The position numbers and the translations under genes are program-made. Below are positions 1 through 6,000 of a DNA stretch of 6,000 nucleotides, in pieces. The notes below the pieces were generated by a model that did no database searches, had not been told where the DNA came from, and saw nothing but the letters and a program-made list of their open reading frames with translations. The DNA is from Takakia lepidozioides. Its lineage: Eukaryota > Plantae > Bryophyta. Location: assembly GCA_030704615.1 (NCBI GenBank), contig JAKLZA010000270.1:1-6000 (forward strand), written 5' to 3'. Positions within the stretch are counted from its first letter, which is position 1; every line of letters begins with the position of its first letter.

Positions 1-706
1 TTTCCGTTCTGGATAGTGTGAATGTCTCAACCGGTCGGAATTGCGCTGTATGAAGCTGTCGGAATCTTACTCGGCTCCAGGCATCAGATACAAAATGGAA
101 ATGCGGCGCCGCATTTCCTTTATGGAATGTCGAAAAGTGCGACTTTGACGGAAATGCGGTGCCGCATTTCTGTTCCCGTTGTTCATAATTCTCAATCAGA
201 ACGGAAATGCGGTACCGCATTTCCGTTCCACCTTCACATACCGTGCTTGTTGAATGAAAATGCGGTACCGCATTTCCGTTCCACCTTCACATACCGTGCT
301 TGTTGAATGAAAATGCGGTACCGCATTTCCGTTCTCGAGAGTATGAATGTCTTTTAAGGACGGAAATGTGCTGCAGCATTTCTATCCCTCAGCTCCATGC
401 ATCAGATACAAAATGGAAATGCGGCGCCGCATTCCGTTCTGGAATGTCGAAAAGTGCGACTCGGACGGAAATGCGGTGCCGCATTTCTGTTCCCGTTGTT
501 CATAAATCTCAATCAGAACGGAAATGCGGCGGTACCGCATTTCCGTTCCACCTTCACATACCGTGCTTGCTGGATGGAAATGCGTTACCGCATTTCCGTT
601 CTGGAGAGTATAAAGGTTTCCCCCGGACGGAAACTCGGTGCCGCATTTCCGTCGCTCTGGTTGCATGACCAAGATGCAATACGGAAATGCGGCGCCGTAT
701 TTCCGT
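1..706. repeat. Subterminal array of ~24-bp palindromes with 53-bp period and ~29-bp spacers
   Basis: Palindrome centres lie after positions 107, 160, 213, 266, 319, 372, 425, 477, 533, 586, 639 and 693. There is also a right half-site at the window start and a degenerate left half at 36-47. A perfect 30-bp palindrome spans 199-228 (GAACGGAAATGCGGTACCGCATTTCCGTTC) and a perfect 53-bp tandem spans 205-334. Confidence 0.97.
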
Positions 707-1851
707 CCACCAGCAATCGACAGAATCACTCGTGACGGGAAATCTGGAACCTCAATGGGTTGCATTGTTCCGAAACAACACAATTGCGGCCAGTCTTGAT
801 GAGCACAACTTGGTTGTCTGACCGTTTTAACCAGCAGTCCTGGCACTTGTCAGTGCGAACGTTCCTGTCTGCACCGAGAATACTGCTGGATCCACCCTCA
901 GGAGAAACTGTCAGGAGATGTTATTTCGTCGCCGAATCGGCCATCATTGTCCTACTCACTGGCTATGGAATCAAACCTCAATACTTTCCACTTCAATGTG
1001 CGACTTCCAATTGTCGATGGACTCCGCAGATCCACTTAGATGGTGCCTGTGAGCCTTGGTCTGTCGCTATACTGAACCTCGCACTTGCCAACTCCGTGCG
1101 GTGTTCGATGGCTCCGAATTCCTACGCTATAGTTTGCTGTCCTCCGCAACTTGGGAGAGCCTGGATCCCAAACGAGGGAGGACTTTGCAGAGTGACTGAA
1201 ACTTACCTTTGTTCCAAATTCAAGCTCAAACCGGGCACAGTTTATTTGGAAGAAGAAAGGAAGGATGTTCCTGGACAGGTTGACGAGACCATTGTCGTGC
1301 TAGGTAACGACGGAGGTTGCGGAATCGAATGGCACGTTCCCCCGTCAGACACCATCCTGTACCGAGCTGTGGGAATGCCCATTCCCTTTCCGAATCAGTC
1401 GCTGCCCACACCATCCACAAAGGAGTCCGGAAACCGAGAGGCGGCCACTGCCAACAGAGAGGTATGCAACGATAATCATTCCCGACCTGGACCGTCAAGA
1501 CCCTCCATAGCTTCTCGTGTGGACGTATTCGACATTTCCGACGAGGAAGATGATTGCATTGAGGTACCCATGTCCTCCACACGGTCGTTCAAATCCGGCA
1601 TGGACGTCTCTGTAGGTGCTACGCATGTGCCCTCGAGCATAACTCCAACCCGGTCCATTGTGCAGCTCCTACGACAACATCACCTCGATGGTTCTCGCTC
1701 CGAGCTGGCTGCTCTCGACTATGCCAAATTCCCAGTCAGAAAGGTAACGTTTCTGCCTCCCGAAGTCGATGGCAATGTCATCTTCGAGTTTCCACCTGTT
1801 TCTTCGTCAAAGAAAGCCTCCGGGATGTTAACAGACATGGATCGAAAGCAT

Positions 1852-2190
1852 GACGGACACCCCTGGTGTGTGACGAAGACCAGTAGCACGAAAATTGCTG
1901 ATGGTGTTCGTGTACGATATGTCCTCTGTGCGGGGAAGCTGAGGTGCCTCAATCCCACCTGCTTCCACTTTCTCTCCAAAGGAGGGCGGAGAAACGAGAC
2001 GGATTGGACTGGCACAACGCATCATCCATTCATTGTCTCCAGCCAAGCTCCTGCGGGTTCTTTCAAGTGTGCACATTGCAAAGAACCACCGACGTGCATG
2101 TCCATGTGCAGAGCCAAGCAATATTACGTAATCCATTTGCTCCCGGACTTGACTAGAGCTTGCATACACGTTGGGGTCCACTGCCACCCC
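1852..2190 (+). other. GCM-like (WRKY-GCM1 superfamily) two-zinc DNA-binding domain
   Basis: DGHPW...CAGKLRCLNPTC...CAHC-x9-C...GVHCHP parallels the GCM pattern DGW...CLGVVVCxxxC...CPxC...C...GxHDHP. Candidates for all eight ligands (6 Cys, 2 His) are present in order. Confidence 0.72.
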
Positions 2191-2655
2191 TTGGCGAGAG
2201 GCAACATGCGTGAGGCTGTGCAGGAAGCACACGACATCATAAAAGAGGAGGTGAAATTGAGCCCCGGAGCCAGACCAAAGCAGATTCAGCTGAAGGCAGC
2301 CCACAAGATTGCTCTTGGCAAAATCATGTCTGAAGATGGTTCCGACCGAGAGCCCTTGACCGAAGACGAGATGCGTGACCTCTTGGAGTCCGTCTCGCAC
2401 GTTTGTAGTCCGAATGTGCGGAATCACATCGTATCTTGCAAGCAGGAGTTCGGCAGGGGGTCGGACATGTACTCAATCCTGGAGGTGAAACGAATGACTG
2501 GATATGACTACATCCAAGGTAGCAGGTTTCCAGGGCAAGGCAGCGAATCCGATCGTTGTTACATTTTCAAAATGTCGACGTGTGGGCCTGGGAGTGGAGT
2601 CGACTTGGTCACTCGCATGACAACTGGAAACTTGTCGAATGCTTGGGTGATGTTT

Positions 2656-3335
2656 GATCACATCAAGCGAATTACAAACCATCAGTGGGTGACTATGGGT
2701 GCGCATGTTTATGACTATCACTCCAAGAGGCTCATGACGATTGCAATCTGCGAGATGAAAGGGGAGGACACACAGTCCGAGATGCATCTGTGGGAGGGCA
2801 TAAACGAGCAGATGGCAAGGGCGGGATTGCCAGAGCCCAATTTCAGGGGATTCATGGCAGACAACGCTCAGGCCAACTGGGCAGCGGTGCGGCGTGTGTA
2901 CGGTGAGGACCCCAATGTTCCAATGGAGGGGGAAAGAGAGATCCTGTGGATTCCATTGGATGCAGAGTCTATCCCACTACACTACCAAATTTGTTGGCTA
3001 GCTCATTCCAGGCTGAACACCGTGTCCTTTGTACGGCGTGGAAGGATGCACCCACATTTGATGACGCGGAGGTTAAGTTTGCTATCATCGAGGCTTGGTG
3101 GAACACGTCAGGTGCAGTGGAGACAACCAATCTGGGAGCATTGCACAGCTGGTTGGGGTGGTGGCATTTTCGGTATCGACAGTTCGGACAGTACATGCGG
3201 GAGGTAGGCTGCTGTCAATTTCGTTCATTTGTCTTTCTGTTACGGACATTTCGATTGGTCCCACCGTTGTTTGTGTCCTTCTAGGAGCGGTGCTTGGATT
3301 CCGACACGGACATGCCGAACACGAATATGGCAGAA
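2656..3335 (+). other. MULE-type RNase H-fold DDE catalytic domain
   Basis: D1 is in VMFDH (2656-2658) and D2 in GFMADNAQA (2860-2862), 68 codons later. CxxH appears as CGFHW (2945-2959, shifted frame), followed by a Trp-rich helical insertion and E in NTNMAESVH (3333-3335). This fits the Mutator D..D..CxxH..TNxxES signature. Confidence 0.85.
3204..3284 (+). other. 81-nt phase-0 GT-AG spliceosomal intron
   Basis: GAG|GTAGGC donor, T-rich body and TGTCCTTCTAG|GAG acceptor. Removal deletes the in-frame TAG (3282-3284) and joins GQYMRE to ERCLDSDTDMPNTNMAES in the same frame. Confidence 0.85.
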
Positions 3336-4527
3336 TCGGTCCACTCCTCCTGGCGAGCGTCTTCTGCCGCACATCTGGTGGACGTAGTGACGGCCACAAC
3401 GGAGGACATCGACAGAGCAATCATGCAGCAGCCAAGCCACGTCTACAAGTTCCTGAGCGGCAAACAATGGGGCTTTGGGCCGGACAGGGAGGAATTGTTG
3501 GTACGAACAGCTTCGAGGTCCAAGAATCCAGTGAATGAAGATGGGCGACAGCATTGCGAGAGAAGATCAAAGGGACGCCTCTGCACCGCAGAGGTGAACA
3601 CCTAGAGGGGGACGTCCGGACTCGCCCTGTCAGGCGGAGGATTGAAGAGGAACCGGGTGCGAAGAGGATTCCTGGAGATCCGACAGGAACATTCGGACAG
3701 CACCTCGAGGTCCCGTCATGTTGCCGCACAATGTGTCTTCCAGCAGTGGAAGCCAAGAAATTCCAGATCGCCGTCGCCTTCAACCGGGGATTCGTGCAAC
3801 AAATTCCCACCGCTCCCTGCCCCACATTCCGCCCGCTGTTATGCAGTATGGCCAAGCCATTGTGGAGACGACTGTGTCTGCCTCACAGTGGAGAATTGCT
3901 CGCACAAAGCCGTCGTTTCGAGGAAGGTGTTCCGCAATTCGTGTGGATACACGGCAACGTTGTTTAGAGATGATAAGGAGGAATCCAGATGGGGCTGTCC
4001 CTGCTCCTACTTTTACAGGAAGATTTGTCCATGCAAAGTTTGCGGAGGCGACAACCACCCAGTTCTGGTTCTGCAGGCACGACATTATGACTTGCGTGTA
4101 TGGAAAGCCCAAGTACGGCATACAAACAATGCCAGAGGCTCCCCCGGTGTGGCCGGTGGAACCAGGCTGCGATCTGAGTCAGGTTGAGGCGACGAGCCCT
4201 TACCGCCGCAGGATTTCGGATGGTGCAGCGCACTGACGTCCCCAGACAACCTTTCCGCTTCCACAGCCTCCACCACCGACCCTGTGAGAGCAAGAACAAT
4301 GGGACACGACAGCTCTAAGCATCCTACACACCGTTGGGGGAAAACGAAGAGGCGGCGACCTCCTCAAAGTGAACGAGACAAGGATGGGAATGCACTTCGG
4401 ATGAACTGTACAATCCAGAGCTCGACAGAAGTGCCCCCACCAGGATTCAGGCGTGTGTATCAGATGGCCACGGCGGGCTCAGCTGTTCACAATGAGGTGT
4501 ACACCATCACCATTTCAGAATAACCAC

Positions 4528-4589
4528 TGCAATTGCACCGACTTCCAGATCATGGCGAACAGGGGGCATATATGCCCTTGCGCAAGCAT
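4528..4589 (+). other. SWIM zinc finger (frameshifted)
   Basis: YTITIS precedes CNCTDF (4528-4545), then C(4579-4581)..KH(4584-4589). This is the CxCx(n)CxH SWIM pattern typical of MULE transposase C-termini, split across frames. Confidence 0.75.
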
Positions 4590-4953
4590 TTGATACGTGT
4601 ACCTAAAGAGACTCCGTTGTAATTCCACAAACTCATCACTTCATACATGCACCAGGGTTGAGCCCCCAGGAGGTTCACACTCTTCTGAATATGGATCCAG
4701 GGGACCAGGGAGCTGGCTTGCGGTCAACATACAATGGTACGCCCAGCGGACTAGTAGAACTGTACTGATGCCAGTACCTCAGACTATGGACACACAAGGT
4801 CCGAAATATGTTTGCCTACCAGTAACCCGTTTTGCTCGAACTAAGCTATTCCTATATCGTTCATTGTTTCCACGTGCATGTATTTTTGTATGTTGGAGGG
4901 TTCATGTTTTTCTGCTTTCCGAAAACTTGCTCTCCTCATTCGACCTCCGACAA

Positions 4954-5434
4954 GGAAATGCGGCGCCGAATTTCCAAGTATCGTCGTAGGTACCCCCAGA
5001 GGCGGCCTTCGCCAACACCAAACCGCTCCGAAATTTCGCACGTGCGAACCCTAATGCGGCACCCTATTTCCCAGTTCAGTTGCAAACCTTTCCCGCCGAA
5101 TACCCGAAGAAGACAGAATTGTGAAGTACTGCAGACTGTATTGGTGCAGACTCCATTGGTTCAATCGCGGCAAAAGGGTCAGCTTCATTCCAATGTTAAG
5201 GCATGTAAAACCGCGGAATACTCTATACAGGCCAGTATGCGACGTCCTTTTGCAGTGGTATACTGGATTTCCCGTTGCACGGTCACTTATTTCCATGAGC
5301 GGATCTATAAAACCATGAGCGGACTTGTTACTGACGACATATCTTCGCCGCATTACATGATCTGGAACGTCCAAAAACGGCAAGGTCAAATAAAAAACTA
5401 TTATTTTAATACTTGTTTAATCTGCCGCATTTCC
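4954..5434. repeat. Dispersed right-side copies of the left-array motif
   Basis: GGAAATGCGGCGCCGAATTTCC at 4954-4975 (one mismatch), AATGCGGCACCCTATTTCC at 5053-5071, GCCGCATT at 5347-5354 and TGCCGCATTTCC at 5423-5434. Confidence 0.8.
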
Positions 5435-5544
5435 AAATTTGGAGGAGTCCGCTCATGAAATCCGCGTATCTTAGACTTCGGCTCACCGCTCATGCGGCTC
5501 ATGCGGCTCATGGCTCATGGCTCATGGTTTCTGCTCATGAAATA
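5293..5544. repeat. GCTCATG/CATGAGC short-repeat cluster at the presumed right terminus
   Basis: CCATGAGCGGA occurs at 5293 and 5313. GCTCATG occurs at 5451, 5488, 5497, 5506, 5513, 5520 and 5533. A perfect 12-bp inverted pair lies at 5314-5325 / 5446-5457. Confidence 0.9.
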
Positions 5545-5553
5545 GTAAACCTC

Positions 5554-6000
5554 TACGAGAAGTTCAAGAGATTGGCAAGTTTCTGTGATGATGACACAGA
5601 AAATGAGTTCCACTTACCAGGGCATCAGACTGGTAAGCATGTCAGAACGATGGATCTGGAGGTAATACGACACCCTAAAGTGAGAAGACTCTTCAGTCTG
5701 GGCTTCAACCATATTCCCCTAAGATGCATAGTCTTACGTGAAGTGGTAGAGGCTGTAGTATCGGCCTTTATGAAGACATGTGTGATACTTAGAGTGAATG
5801 ATAATGCTCCCTGGAAAAAAGAATGTGTGGAATGGTTAAAAAAAAACCTGCTGGAACTACCTGTAGCAGAAAGCCAGCAGAGGTAATTCTACCTTTAAGC
5901 TCCATGATGAGAACCCATTGCTTCTTAAAGAAGCACAGAATGAGCTAAGCTGGCTACTTGATCACCTGTACATGTCTGGTTTGGACAAGGCTAACAACAA
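5554..6000 (+). mobile_element. Decayed Penelope-like retroelement (Naiad/Chlamys-type) ORF fragment, region N-terminal to the RT; runs off the window end
   Basis: KHVRTMDLEVIRHPKVRRLFSLG and, in the next frame, ELSWLLDHLYMSGLDKANN (5942-5998) resemble the H-x-x-T-x-DL...LR-x-L-xxx-G and DKA-x-NN motifs I recall preceding PLE reverse transcriptases. There is a frameshift between 5838 and 5886. The RT core is not in the window. Confidence 0.62.

Larger units (their letters stand above)
1108..4768 (+). pseudogene. Transposase gene (GCM-like + MULE DDE + SWIM), open to ~2930 then broken by several frameshifts; a pseudogene or an intact gene with sequencing errors
   Basis: Pieced together from ORF 760-3207 (valid to ~2931), 2933-2995 (KERSCGFHWMQSL), 2997-3203, an intron, 3285-~3530, parts of ORFs 3554, 3718 and 4284, SWIM fragments 4528-4620, and 4640-4768 (FIHAPGLSPQEVHTLL...TGA). 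The start is uncertain: ATG 1108 (ATGGC context) or ATG 799. Confidence 0.85.
1..5553 (+). mobile_element. Mutator/MULE-like DNA transposon with GCM-like domain; left terminus outside the window, right terminus probably ~5553
   Basis: The central DDE transposase gene has the same GGAAATGCGG/CCGCATTTCC motif on both sides (array 1-706; copies at 4954-4975, 5053-5071, 5423-5434). A short-repeat terminal zone ends ...GAAATAGTAAACCTC (5553), which reads 5'-GAG on the minus strand as in maize Mu termini, and unrelated coding sequence follows. No TIR pair or TSD can be confirmed within the window. Confidence 0.8.

Noticed and set aside
1-706. CRISPR array
   Set aside because: The spacers recur in a higher-order pattern, the repeats are loop-less palindromes, and there is no cas gene. 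The motif also recurs on the far side of an intron-containing transposase.
22-846. Short ORFs 22-306, 300-668, 382-846 and 397-735
   Set aside because: These are translations of the palindromic array; the same peptides appear on both strands.
2923-3001. Programmed ribosomal frameshift at GGGGGAAAG
   Set aside because: A second shift is needed ~60 nt later and many more follow, so indels are the simpler explanation.
760-3207. A single intact 815-aa protein as called
   Set aside because: The TTG start is unlikely in a eukaryote. Sequence after ~2932 is out of frame, because the CxxH motif and the following helices are in other frames.
1226-4299. Minus-strand ORFs and the + strand ORFs 1944, 3095 and 3642
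   Set aside because: They are shadow frames overlapping the transposase, with no recognisable motifs.
4832-5458. Accessory gene (mudrB-like, Fanzor or captured gene) in ORFs 4832, 4841, 5051 and 5121
   Set aside because: No RuvC or other motifs are present, and the ORFs run through the 3' UTR-like T-rich tract and subterminal repeats.
5281-5553. Independent MITE
   Set aside because: The ends are only loosely inverted, the flanks (CCCGTTGCAC versus TACGAGAAG) show no TSD, and the segment shares a motif with the main element.
5413-5886. 157-aa gene
   Set aside because: It is a chimeric read-through of terminal repeats (AHAAHAAH) into the retroelement fragment.

Overview
Eukaryotic repeat DNA; a non-seed plant or streptophyte host is a guess only. 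About 1-5553 is a DNA transposon whose left end lies outside the window. It encodes a frameshifted, intron-containing Mutator/MULE-like DDE transposase with the architecture: two-zinc GCM-like DNA-binding domain, D-D-CxxH-E core, unrecognised 4-Cys domain, SWIM finger. Upstream is an array of ~24-bp palindromes (CGGAAATGCGG-YR-CCGCATTTCCG) at a 53-bp period, organised into a 5-unit higher-order repeat. Its half-site, ATGCGG(T/C), resembles the animal GCM binding site ATGCGGGT. Scattered copies of the same motif and GCTCATG repeats mark the right end, after which the sequence switches into a decayed Penelope-like (Naiad/Chlamys-type) retroelement ORF. All protein calls come from motif recognition by eye; no database search was run.
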